64,000 nt of DNA from Aplysia californica. Taxonomy: Eukaryota. The position numbers were made by a program, and so were the translations under genes. The stretch is from the NCBI RefSeq assembly GCF_000002075.1, contig NW_004797323.1, positions 1,428,170-1,492,169 of the forward strand, given 5' to 3'. Shown piece by piece: positions 13,018 through 25,595 of this stretch. The notes under the pieces are model-generated. The model ran no database searches, was not told where the DNA came from, and saw nothing but the letters and a program-made list of their open reading frames with translations. The stretch's first letter is position 1. Each line of letters begins with the position of its first letter.

Positions 13018-13356
13018 TCGAGTGATGAAAGTGATGACAGCAGCAATGAATCCATTGCCAAAGTGCCGGTCCCTGCCTCCCCGCCACCCCCAGCCTTCAG
13101 CAGCAATTTTAGCAAGAGCCACAGCCACCACCACAACAACAGCAGCAGCGGCGCTGGCGCCAGCAGCAGCAGCAACAACAACAGCAGGCCTGGGAATTCT
13201 TCCTGGAGGTTCCAGAGCCCCAATAATGCCTACACATACACAGACAGTGAGGCGGAGAGCAGCCATTATGCCTTTAGCCTAAACAACGGCAACCTGGTCG
13301 TAAACAATGTAGCAGGGGCAAGAACTCCTTTGTCAGGATTTTCCTCTTTCGTATGA
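13018..13356 (+). CDS. sdk: Sidekick terminal coding exon with PDZ-binding C-terminus
   Basis: ttttag|TCG in frame with ORF 13063-13356; ends YTDSE...GARTPLSGFSSFV*, the conserved Sidekick C-terminus. Confidence 0.95.
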   Translation, partial: SSDESDDSSNESIAKVPVPASPPPPAFSSNFSKSHSHHHNNSSSGAGASSSSNNNSRPGNSSWRFQSPNNAYTYTDSEAESSHYAFSLNNGNLVVNNVAGARTPLSGFSSFV

Positions 13357-15590
13357 CGAGAGCTGTGACAGATATTTTCTCCGCTGTACAGTTCTTGTTT
13401 TATGTGTTGTGATGAAAAAGAAATGAACAAAGTATTCATCTGGTCTAGAACAGATCTCAGGAAAAATTCTGTTATGTCATGGCAGAAACTGTGGATTAGG
13501 ATTTCTTGGGGAGGAAACAACCCTCTTGTTGGAAGTGTTTTTTTTTTCATCTACAGCATTACACCGTGTATTCCTTGTCGATATGGAACTTTTATATTTC
13601 TGTGAGTACAAGCCTATGCATAAACATTCCAATAATCCATGTACAGTTGAGCTGATTACATCAAAAATTTTGAAATATATCTCTCCATATGGTGTGTTCA
13701 GAGATATGAAGTTCACACCTCAGGAGATTTGGACATTATGAGATTTTAGTTTGTTGAAGTACAGTGCTGTGTTTGGGGGCCAGATGCAGCTTTAGGAAGT
13801 GACCTTGTGATGAATTGTGGACTCTCATTGGCCCAAGTCTGAAAAGTTCCACCGATAAACTGCCCTCTGGTTTGGAAACATTTATTAACTTTGTCAACTT
13901 TTAGCATTCATGGTCTTTTAGTTTCTCTTGTTTTGCTGCTCTCGATGTTGACTTTTGCTTTTATTATTGGTAGTTCCACCATGGAAGTTTTATACTTAAG
14001 AAATTGTACACTGATTAATAAGAAACTGGAAGCCTAACTTTCTTGGAAATTTGTTCTCTCTCTTGTGCTATTCAGTAGCAGATCTTTGACCTATCCGCCT
14101 CTACAGAACAGGAAAATAACTTTGGATAGGAAAAAGAGACAGTTACTTTGTATAATTACTGAAAGTAAGCGTGAAATCCTGTGCTTGATCTTTGTTTGAT
14201 TAGGTGAAATTGTCCAAGATGGCCACCCATTGTCGAGGAGAAAGGGGTTGTCTTAGACAGGTGGATGTGTTGGACAGTGTCATTCTAACAGAAAAAAAAA
14301 ATGTAAGAGGGGAAGTAGGAAGTGGTCGTTTGTAACAGTGATTTTCTGGGACAGGTGGCTGTCAGAGCAGGTTCAGCTGTTTTTCTTTTTTACACATCTA
14401 TCATATCGTCATTGCAGTTGGCTATTCACGTATGGAACAAAAGTTGAAAACTCAGGTCTTATGGCATTTGACCTAAGTACAATCTTGAAAAATCAGTTCT
14501 CACACTTTACTTTGCATCAATAATTCATGGCAACTCGGGAATTAATTGTAAAAACAAGAGACTAAAATGCATAATAGACAAAAAAGCTTTTTTCTCATTT
14601 TCTCAAAAGTATCTCCATGTGTGGATAGCGAAATGCACTGACGATATGGTATTTTCTCTCCTCAGTGGAGCACATAATTGTGTCACAAATGGAACTTTCC
14701 AAGGCTCAGTGCCTGTTACTGGTTTTGACACTCCCTGGACCTGTGGGGCCTCAGTGGGTCTCGTTGACTCCTCACTGTTTGTGTTCTCCTGTATATAATA
14801 CCATGCACCTGTCATGTTGATTTGTTTTTCTATTCTCATTGTAGATTTTTTAAAGGAATGTACAGTTTATTTTTTCTAATCTCTCTTTTCGGTGCAAGTA
14901 GCACTTTGAAATTACAAACATTGCGCATAACTTTTCTTGTTTTAGATGTCTCTCTGCGTGCTGTGGTCTTCCCTGCTCCATACTGTCATGTCAGCAGTAA
15001 ACACAGATGAGTTTGTGTGTGTGAAAAATGGGATGTTTGTGTATTGAATATATTGAAAGTTGATTGGTAGAGAGTGCTGCGCTTAATCATTAAAAAAATT
15101 CTTTTTTTACACATAAATATAATAGGTGTTAAATTAGGAGGTCCAACCATAAAAAAAATCTCTCACTTCTTGCAGTGTTTTGATTTTTAAAGAGTATTAT
15201 TCCCAAGACATAGACTATTATTATTATTATTTGACTAGGAATATTTTGAAGCATTTGTTGGAAATGTTGGTTTGAGTAAAAGCTGATGGGTGTATCATGT
15301 GTATCATGTTGATATGTAAATTTATTTATGAATGTTTATAAGCTTGTGTTTGTGTGTGTATATACAGGTGTGCTTGTTCATACTGTTTGAAAGTACCACA
15401 AATGTGTGTAAGTGTGTGTCAGTCTTGTGAGTGTATATGTGTATATGTTGGTGTGTATGGAAAACTAAATTGTTTTTTACATTTTCAGTTTGTGCTACAT
15501 GAAATGCATGATCAACTTGGCATCAGTATGTTTGACATGAATATATGCATACTCTTTTACAAGGACCCGTTGATGGGTTCAGACAAGGTT

Positions 15591-15775
15591 GGTGGGTGGT
15601 TGGCGGGTGCTCTGGTGTGGTTTACTTCTTCTTTCCTATCAAACATCTATTGTCCTTATCTCCCCTTCTTCTTTTTTATGTTTGTTACTCTCTTGTAACA
15701 CCTCTAATCTTCTGGCGCTCATATGACCTTATGCAGTTGCGAGTGCCGTAAAACCTCTACTAAAACTATAAACTA
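15591..15775 (+). mobile_element. ~185-bp retroposon family with LINE-like tail (other copies 19098-19250 +; 19258-19352, 21157-21330, 27622-27800, 35363-35485, 36326-36470, 36806-36960, 38725-38895 all -)
   Basis: GGTGGTTGGCGGGTGCTCTGGTGTGG...TTCCTATCAAACATCT...GGCGCTCATATGACCTTATGCAGTTGCGAGTGCCGTAAAAC. Confidence 0.8.
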
Positions 15776-15960
15776 AGACAAGGTTGTCTTAATAAAACCA
15801 TTCAGTACCTATATATAGTACTGGAGAGACTTAATTACTACAGTCCATTAGTGATGAATGAACTGACAAACTATATATATAAGAGAGTGAAGCTCATTAT
15901 CAGGCTCTTTAAAGGTTGTTAGAATATCACTTGTTTGTGAGCTTGTACACATAATTCCCT

Positions 15961-16060
15961 GTGCGTGCGCAAGTGTATGTGTATGCATGTGAGCGTGCGT
16001 GTGTGCGCGCGTGAGTGCGTGTGTGTGAGTGCGCTTGTGTGTGCGCTTGTGTGTGCGCTT
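15961..16060. repeat. (GT)/(GC) microsatellite abutting the gap
   Basis: Direct reading. Confidence 0.85.
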
Positions 16061-16228
16061 NNNNNNNNNNNNNNNNNNNNNNNNNNNNNNNNNNNNNNNN
16101 NNNNNNNNNNNNNNNNNNNNNNNNNNNNNNNNNNNNNNNNNNNNNNNNNNNNNNNNNNNNNNNNNNNNNNNNNNNNNNNNNNNNNNNNNNNNNNNNNNNN
16201 NNNNNNNNNNNNNNNNNNNNNNNNNNNN
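16061..16228. other. Assembly gap
   Basis: N run. Confidence 1.
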
Positions 16229-19200
16229 AGGGAGAATGAGGAAGAGAGGATTCTAAAGTTTATTCATGTACTGTTGACATTGATGGCTAAGTTTATTTGT
16301 TCATGTAATCTTTATTGTATGTAAAGCACTTTGCACTTGCACAGTGGAGGGGATGTCGTACCAGTGCAATCCATTATTATTATTTCCAGAAATGGTATGG
16401 TTTATGTCGTTGGTTGCTACGCCCTTGAATATATTTCTTCTGGAGTCAGTGATTAGTTGTTTTTTTTACTTACACTACACAAATGAACGCACATGATATT
16501 AGTCTGAGTTGTCTGAAAAGAAAACAAAAAAACAGCTCAAATGGACTGTTCATCAAGTACAGTCTTTCTTTGGCTCACAGCCACAAAAATATATTCAGTT
16601 GAAACTATCCAAGATGACTACCCATTGCCAAGGAGAAAAAAGTGGTCATCTTAGACAAGTGGTTCTTTTGGACAGTCTCATTTTAGTATAAAAAAATGCA
16701 AGGGGTGGGTAGAAGGTTGTTTGCACAGGCTGTTGTCTTGGAGAGGACAGATGGTTCGACTTAAATTCTATCATTTAGATTGTGAATGAGATGCTCAGTT
16801 TGTCTGTTGATTTGTTTGCCAGTGTCGAGCCTCTGATTGACTTTGCCATAGGCTTTATTTATATGAATTTTTAATATGGCCAGATGGATCAAAGACAAAT
16901 GGCTCCTGTTTTTAGATTTTAGTGGATGAGATTTATGTTTCGCTCATTTTTCTTTGCTGCACTTTTATGTAAATATGTTTGGTAGGAAGATTTGAACCTT
17001 TACAGTTTGATATAAATGTCTCCAATAAACATTTCCGCCCAGATACTTATGCAAGCATGGAAGTTACTGCAGTAAGGCTCCTGTGAATTCCGTTCCATTC
17101 AAACTGTTGAGACAAAGGGGACCACGTCAGAGTTTATCTGCTTGAGTTTTATTATATTAGTGAATTTCATTTCTGTGTCTCTTGGATTGATTTATTCACA
17201 TCAGTGTGAGTTCTATCGTTAAGCCAAGGAGTTACACTGTAAGTAAGAAAAAGAAGCAGTGTTGTTACCTGAGTATAATGCTATTGTGATTATTTTGTTA
17301 ACTTCCCTGATTGTCGGGGACACCCCCCGGGAACAAGAAAGAAGAGAAGTTAGTGGTGGTGTGGACCCCCCCCCCCCCAGTCTGTCTGTCTGTCTGTCTG
17401 TGCCTCTGTCCCTGTCTGGCCTTTCTCTCACTCTCTTTCTTTTCCCCTCTCTCTCTCTCTCTCTCAAAAAATGCAGGGCACATTCCCCCCAGCCCTTCAT
17501 GGCACCATTCACGTGGGCCCATCATCGTCTGAAGTCACGCCACTCTGCAGTAACTACTTTTAAAACTAATTGAGTGCACAAAGTCCAGGGAACCCCTATC
17601 CTCCTGTGCATAGTATACATGATTATATACTTTACCTGAGATCACATATATTTGGTTTCATGTGACGGACCCACCTAGACATTGTAGGAAGTTGAAACTT
17701 GTGCTCTTAGTATATGGTCAACCTGTGATAAGACTGGCTATCCCACAAAATATCAAGTTTTAAAATATTTGACGAAGGGACAGTAAATTATTCATTTCAT
17801 ATGTATAGTCAAAGACAGGTCTGACTTTTGATAAAAAATGCTCCTAAAAATTTAAAAATAAAGCCGAACAATTGGTCAACGACCTGGTTGCTGCATGATG
17901 AAACCAGATAAGTTTATTTGCTTTTTCTGTAAAATTTGCTCGGCTGGAGTTACTGGTCTCATCACAAGGATGGCAATATGTAACACCCCACACCCAGCAC
18001 CAGTTGATCTTCTCACAATGACCGATGTGGTGAAGACAAGAATTTTGTTATACTTAAACATTGTAGTTTGTTCTTTAAAAATTTGAAAGTACATCGTTAA
18101 CACTTTGTCATCATATATTGGGGAAAATCCAAAGAAACTGGGTGGTAAACATCGCCAATCGGTGAGATGAGGCGGCAAAGTGTTAAGGTATGTCGTAATC
18201 TAGACTTGTGGTTGATGCTGATTGGTTGCTTAGATTAGTGTAAGATGCCGTAGTCTTACACCGAGCTGTCAAGATACTTTGTTGATTTGAATGTTTGTGA
18301 CACATGATCAGGAATTGATGACATTCAGGTCGTGTTTGTTGATTTACTCTAGCCACAGATACAAATAAAGGGGATGAAGGGAATATTGTATTGAAATCAG
18401 GGACGAATAGCTATTTTATGTCAATTTATCAGGCTGTTTTCAGCATTGGTCGAATTTGTTGCTTTTTTTCCCCCAACAAGAGTTGGTGGCTTGAATGAAT
18501 GAGAGACAAGAGCGACGCAGCCGAAATGGATCACACTCATTACACTTGAGACGAAAGAGGTCATTATTGAGTAAATTGATCGAAACGATAAGACAAATGC
18601 TTAAAATGTCGAGGTTTCAATCCAATACTTTGTTGTCAGTATCCTCATATGGGCTTTTTACTGTTACCCTCCCTTGAATTTCAGCAAATAGGAGATATGG
18701 GTATAATGAGATACTATGCTTAATCTGCTCAATCTCAGAATTGCTGAGTTTGACAGAACCGAGTACAATGTATATTCTTGTAAGATTGGAAATCTCCAAG
18801 TATCTACACATGAAATTATAAGTTTGATTGATAAGAAAGGGGGTCCTTTCTGAACAAATTCTCTCCCGAGAGCCTGCCTGTGGAATGTGATACTCTCTCA
18901 GGTTGTTAATAAGAATTTGTGTATTAAAATATGGCTGCAGATAATCTATATATATTGAAACTGATGTTGTTTGTCTATATGTAGCATGTTGCATAGTGGA
19001 GCCCAGCTAGTATAACATTGTTAGTCATATTTCTGTAGGTATAGGTGTTCTGCTTATTATGATATATATGGGTCATATAAGCGCCAAAGATTAGAGGTGT
19101 GGGTGGTTTGAACCTTCTTTCCTATCAAATGTCTATCTTCCCTGTCTCTCCTTCTTTTTTGTGTTTGTTACTCTCTTTGTAACACCTCTAATCTTCGGCA

Positions 19201-19617
19201 CTTTTATGACCTTATTGTGTTGCAAGTGCTGTAAAACTCTTACTAAAACTAAAATAAAAGATAGGAGGTGTTAATAGAATAAAGAGTAACAAACATAGAA
19301 AAGAAGGAGAAGAGACAAGACGATGGATGTTTGACCGGAAAGAAGGAGCAAAAACGGTGTGCCTTAAGTCCGAAAATTTTATTTTACCTGTCTAGTCTCA
19401 AAGTTACAGTACATATGTGGGTGGACCTAAGGTTACTGTTAAGTGGGTGAGGGGGGTTTGTTTGCCAAAAGGTTTGGTGCGTGTCATTAAGTCAGATTTT
19501 CAGTGTCTGATTCTAACGATGTATCTGTCAAATTAGGTAAAAAAAACTTATTTTCTCTTAAATTTATAATTTATGTAACACTCAACCATAAATAATCACC
19601 ATTTGTGAACATATGAT

Positions 19618-19742
19618 TGGAGGGCACCACTGGTAGGTCCTCCTTCTTTACTATCCTTCTGTTTTGTCTGTCTGTCTCACTTTTTCCAAGCACTAAATGA
19701 CCATTATTGTGCTGATGAACTTCTCTTTACTCAAACTCAAAC
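19618..19742 (+). mobile_element. Short retroposon/LINE 3'-end family (other copies ~6905-7010, 7185-7300, 9683-9800, 35200-35260 reversed)
   Basis: GAGGGCACCACTGGTAGGTCC...GCACTAAATGACCATTATTGTGCTGATG...TTTACTCAAAC. Confidence 0.7.
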
Positions 19743-20066
19743 AATGTGTGATTCTATAATTATCATAAGAAAAGCAAACACTCTTCTACACAAAATACTG
19801 AGCTATCCTGGAGGACAATAATAAAGAAAAGTATTAGACCTAATTTGGCAGAAACATGGTTAGAATTGGACATTGGTGATATAAGCCAAGGTACCTTGTT
19901 CAATTCTTGACTTATTATTATCAAGAAGCTTGGCCATGAGCTGACTTTGGGCTTATATATTCATGTTTCCCTCTGCTCCGATTCTGGGGTTGTTGGGAGT
20001 AAGTGCATACCTAGACTTTGTGGAGAGGAACAAAATCTCACAGTCTTGTCTAGTGGGCATTTTGCT

Positions 20067-20909
20067 TATGTAAGCGTGCCTGGTGAAAGGTACCAAAAGA
20101 CGCATTTGTTCGAACCGAGATATCGGGCTTCAAAGGTCAAAAATAGAATTTTTGACAAAAACTAAGTTCCATTAAAAATGGATTCTTAAGCCATTAATAT
20201 AGATATTTACAAGGAGTTGAGTTGCTTTTACTTTAAAATGCTTAGAGATGTTTTATAACCACAGGTATATTGCATAATCCCAAAAAGTGTGTGAGAAAAT
20301 TGGTTTCAGAGTATACACTGCGGATGGATTCTCTAGTCCATTCATAAAGTCGACCCAATCACATTGCATACCAAAAAATTTAGGTCTTTCTCTCTCCCCT
20401 GTCTAATGGCGAGTAGTGCGCATGAATATCTAGAATGTGTAAACATAGCGAAGCTTTGGGCATCGACACCCTTTCGTCTTTTTGGAGAGCAAATTTTATC
20501 GCATATTTCTTCCCTGCGCAAACCGAAATCTAATTTCTTGAATATTCTTGCTCAAGGTGATGGCGAATTTGTTTTGAAGACGTAATATAAACATTTTGAA
20601 GCTTTTTAAAAATCTTAGCTGCATTTTAAAGTTGGTTTGCGAGGAGCGAATGGGTTGTCAAGTTGTCTCGAAGCGTAGATCTATCTATTTGAAGCAGAAA
20701 CAAAGAAACTATAAAGCTATTTTTCTCAAAACTTTGTTTCCGTACCCTGCCTTACAAAATCACCCATATCTCAAAAACTACGGAAGATATCTTAAAAATT
20801 CAAAAAGCATATTGTTCAGAAATAATTCCTTTACTTGAAAATAATTTTAAAAAACCCAGGGATTCTTCAAAATATGTCATTTGGTACCTTTCACCAGGCA
20901 AACACATAT
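20067..20909. mobile_element. Non-autonomous TIR DNA transposon (superfamily unassigned)
   Basis: TGCCTGGTGAAAGGTACCAAA / TTTGGTACCTTTCACCAGGCA. Confidence 0.7.
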
Positions 20910-22227
20910 ATTGAGGTCCCCATGGCAGCCTGAAGTTGAAGAGCTGCTGTTCTATGGCTTCTGCTTGGGCAAAAATCTGAATTTTTATAAATTTATATTT
21001 TTTGCCCCATCAACCTAATGTACATCATTTTGACGATGTGCTGCTTTTACCGTGAGAGGGATATAGTACAGTATCCCATTAGAAAGGTAAAAACATTAGC
21101 ATGCAAGGGCAAAGGTCGTATTACGCATCAGATATTGATTACGATCAAAAGTAAGTAAGAGTTTTATATCACTTGCAGCGCAAATGGGTCATATAAACGC
21201 CAAAGATTAAAGGTTTTAATAGTATTAGTATAAAGAGTAGTATACATGGAAAAGAAGGAGAGACAACGATGACAGATGTTTGATAGGAAAGAAGGAGCAA
21301 ACCACATCAGAGCACTTGCAAACCACCCACAGTAGAATCTAAAGGGCAGAAACATGATGACATTTAAGAGCAGCACATAGCTGCCTGAAAGATAAGGCAT
21401 AGTCGTATGCTCCAAAGGAGCAAATCCAGTCATTTGCTTTTGAGGTCGTGCAGGGGAAAGCAAGAGAAGGAAAAGCAAAAATGTAGTGACAGTACTGACA
21501 AAAGAGTTTTATTTGATGAGGCAGGTTATGAGTTGACTCCACTGTGATATGCTTTCCTAATCTTCCATCCTCAAACATATTTTTAAGTACTTTTCCATGA
21601 CAGAACCTTATTATGGGCACTTACTTCTGTGAACTGTTCATAGGTGCATTTTACATTATATACAAATGAAATGTGTACATATTTTAAATCATTATGAGAC
21701 TGCTGTGTTCCTGGTTATTTTGATGCAACTTAGGTTTGTTTGAAAATGCCATGAGAGAGTAGCAGTGAGTACATGCTCAATTTCACGACAATGGTACTTT
21801 GATTTGGGGATGAACGCGAGTGATATACTGATCAGTGTGTATGTGACAATGATCTTTTATCCCAAAATGGGATGTGAGAAGTCTATTTTCTCTATAGCTT
21901 TATCTTTTAATTTTGAAAACTATTGAGGACTTTAGCTAGCCAGTATTTTGTCAAAGAGCTGATGAATCTACCCAGTTGTATGTTATTTTGTGTAGTCTTC
22001 TTGCAAGTGTTTGAAGAAATGAATTGTTCGATTGATTTTGTACATTTGTATTGACCATTTTTTTCTTCTGGAAACGATTGTTTTTTTTACCCTTACGTCT
22101 TAATGGTCCCTCCTAGTCTTAGTTGTCTCTAGTATGATTTTTCTCTCCTTAGGTTTTAAATTTACCTCACGTAGGTGTAGAGTTGACTCTAGATCTTGAC
22201 CTATCTGTCTCCTGTGTATAAAATATT

Positions 22228-22442
22228 TTTCATGCCATGGGGATGACTTTAAGACTGTACAACATTATTTTGCTATGGCATTGGCCTTAGAATGTCACAA
22301 CATTATTTTGCCATGGCGATGACCTTAAGGTGACACAACACTATCTTGCCATGTTGATCGCCTTAATATGACTCGATGACATTTTGTCTTAGTGATGACC
22401 TTAAGATGACACATTTTTTTTTTTATTGTCGTGATGACTTGA
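22228..22442 (+). repeat. Minisatellite, ~38-bp unit, 5-6 copies
   Basis: TTTTGCCATGG.GATGACCTTAAG.TGACACAACATTA. Confidence 0.75.
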
Positions 22443-22544
22443 TGTTGTATTAATGATAATAATAATTTAAAAAATCAACTGGTTGGTGTAAGTAATTTTG
22501 AAAAGTGATGAATAATGGAGTCTTACACTGAGCTATTGAAATAA

Positions 22545-22848
22545 TAATAATTATTGATTGCATTTCTACAATGTATGTCCCTGCTCAACAGTAGACTCTA
22601 TGCACCTTGCAATTTATTATTATCATGAAAGGCTCTTTGACGTTCCAAAACATCCTGATCATTCAATACAAGCTGCCATCTTACCGCCTTTCAAACATTA
22701 ACTAGGCCTTTCTCTTTCTTATCTGAGTGACCATTCTCACGATGATGAAGGGAGGAAAATTTGTGTAAAGTGACAGGCCCTGGACTTGAATTTAACACTC
22801 AGCCTAAGGCTCGCAAGTCTGGCAACTTAAGTACCCGACCACCCACAT
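22545..22848 (-). mobile_element. CORE-type SINE, degenerate copy 3
   Basis: Reverse-complement similarity (CCCTGCTCAACAG..CTCTATGC; GAGGAAAATT..TGTAAAGTG). Confidence 0.6.
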
Positions 22849-25296
22849 TTGACACTCTAGACTACCCATTTAAGTTTTAACCATCTGTGGTGTCAGGGAA
22901 GTTGATAGTTTTCACTAGGAGGAGTCAATAAAATTCTTGAAAACGCTGTTAGCCTAAATCAATTCCAATTATCTTGTAGCCGTACATTTTCTGCAAGCTA
23001 GATGGCTTGGCAAAATTATACTAACTGGCAAAAATACTTTTTGGCATTCTCTTGGTCTTGAAGGGCTTCTGTAGCCATTTACTATATTTTGGAAGGGAGG
23101 GGGTTTGAAAGTATACTTTTCTATAACTAAACCTTACTAAGAAGACTGTTAATATTCAAAGAAAATTTACCTACATTGCTAATTAACTAAGCAAAATGCC
23201 GATGAGATATATTTGGAAATAGAAGAAGAAGCATCGTATGTAGAATGCCACTACACTAACTTCAAAAATGTGCTCAGAGCACTGTTTTTACTGAGTTATG
23301 CCACTTGGGGAGTCTAGTGAAATAGTCTAGCTCCTCATCTTGCGTGTGAAAGAAATGAGTTTGACAACTATTTTTCTGCTACGATGTATCCCCTGCAACC
23401 TGGGACAGCCCTGACAAGTAGGGTTGAAGCAGCTGCACTCCTAAAACTACATTGTATTGGTTGAGGTGTAAAACATTTACTACGGGAAGTTCTAGAAATA
23501 TGTTTACGGCCAGGTTTTATCTTTATTTACCTTCCACAAGCAACGCTATGCGCTCTCCCTTGCTGGGACATATAGTGGTAGATGGAGCAAGCTTTCCTAC
23601 CTGCTTTTTATTAGCTGACGAGATAATACTACCTGTATTAATAATAACATTAACATATTGCAAGAAGAGATTTGCATTTCAAACATATTGCTTCACATTA
23701 GCATCACTTGCCAGTTACAGTCTGTCTAAAGGTATTATTGACCACAAAAGTCTGAGAAATTCAAAAATATTTCTTGAACAAAAATTTTATAGCATTTTGG
23801 AGCACTGGTATTCCACTGTTATATAACATTTTGGGGAATCGAAGAAGAATTTGAACTTTTTAATGATAATTTTTCTGCTTCACAGAATCACCAACCACTT
23901 TCAGTATGTGCACACTCTACGTCATGGAGCCCCTAACAATATATGTATGTTCTGTTTGTCTCATGGTATCACTGAGCACTAGAAGTGCCTGTACTGTTCA
24001 CCTCACGATACCCTTGTGAACATGATGTACTGAAATACTCCTGAAAAATTGAAGTTTAGGGGGGAAAAATCGTAGTCTCCAGAACCCCTGTAGAGTAAAC
24101 TAATGTTTCAAACGTTAAAATAGCGAATGAATATCTATAAATGTGTATTTTAACATCATTTACGATTTCACAAAAATATTGCAAATAAACCAGTGTGCTT
24201 CCATGTCATTTACAATAAGTTGCGTAAGACTGATGGAAATGAAATTCAAGAAAACAATACGATTCTATGCTAATCTGATATAGGTTCGTCATTGGACAAA
24301 AAAGATAAGATTTTATTTGGAATATTAGGCAGGTCTGTGAGAGGATGATTTACTCATGATTTACTGGAGGGTTCTCAATAGTTTCCAGTTTGTAGCTTAG
24401 GACCCTCCCTTGGCTGGCCATTTAATTCTAATTGACAGTTTCAATCCTGCAGGGAATGTATAATGCAGTCACATATCATTCACATATCGTCTCGTCGGTG
24501 TCCGACTATATAACCATGTTTCTGCCAAAGTAGGTAAGAAACATTTTTTTTGGTCTCAAATTATGTTATTCACAACTGTAAGTATAATTGGTGATTTGTG
24601 TATTAAAATAAGTAAAAAGTACACTCTACACAAAATTTTGAGCAATTTTGGAAGATACTAATAAAAAAGAAAAAGAAATCTCCCCCCCCCAAATGTTTGA
24701 CCTAACTTAACAGATGCATGGTTTGCTTCAGACATGAAAAATATCATTTTCCTACTGGTTGCCACGTACCCTTTCACGGCAGTGTGATCTAAGGAAAGTA
24801 TGGTAACGAAGAGCGTAAGTTTCAAGTCCAGTTTAGCTCCCTATTCTGAAGTGCTTGACGTAGTGTGTAACATCCAGTTTTGAAATGTATCTACGTCTTA
24901 TAGAAACAGGAAACGGCGGGTTGTATTCTTATTGACATGGTGTGGGGTGAGGGGTGAGGGGTCATATTTTACTTTAACCTGTTTCCCTAAGGAGACAATG
25001 TCCAACTCGGCTGAGCCGAGGAAGTGAAGATTACTGCCTGCTGTCTTACCGCTAGGCTTGGATGCCTCACAGGTACCCTCCAGGTTTATGGAGGCCTGAC
25101 CCACATGGTCCTGTGCAACATGTTCTCTGCTGGTTACGCATATATATTTTATATTCTGCTGTTTGAGACTGAATATTTTGTCACATATTATGTCATATCT
25201 TGTGCATGCGCATCAATGGACAATAAACACAAAACCAATGATTTATATCTGGTGTTGTTCAGTCAAAATTATCTTTTTATTGTGTACATAGCGTAA

Positions 25297-25595
25297 CCCT
25301 TTGAGCCCTACCCCGGTGGCTCATAAAACCCCTGTATACTTAGCCCATGGTACACCGGTGAGCGAGACCCTATCCCCTGCCCACCTGGAACAAGACTCCC
25401 ACAGAAAACTGTTTACTACACAGGATGTTTTCGATTAATTTGTAGATCTTTCTGAATTAGATGTTGGTAATGTTGAGGACTACCTTGAGTGGGATGTGGA
25501 ATGTGATTCTGGCGATGATATGAATGAAGGCGTGAATCACTCAGGAGCTCAGGCAGAGGGGCACAGAAGCCTCAGGAGGTCCAGGGCTCAAAGGG
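25297..25595. mobile_element. piggyBac-like MITE
   Basis: TIR CCCTTTGAGCCCT / AGGGCTCAAAGGG, flanks GTAA/TTAA. Confidence 0.75.

Noticed and set aside
12908-13282. Overlapping Ala/Thr/Val-rich ORFs on both strands
   Set aside because: Shadows of CAG/CAC/AAC triplet repeats in the Sidekick last exon.
15965-16324. ORFs with X runs (also 62251-62801)
   Set aside because: Artefacts of reading through N gaps.
17655-19010. ORFs 17876-18178 and 18617-18994
   Set aside because: Probably decayed TE sequence; no motif I can identify and no splice support.
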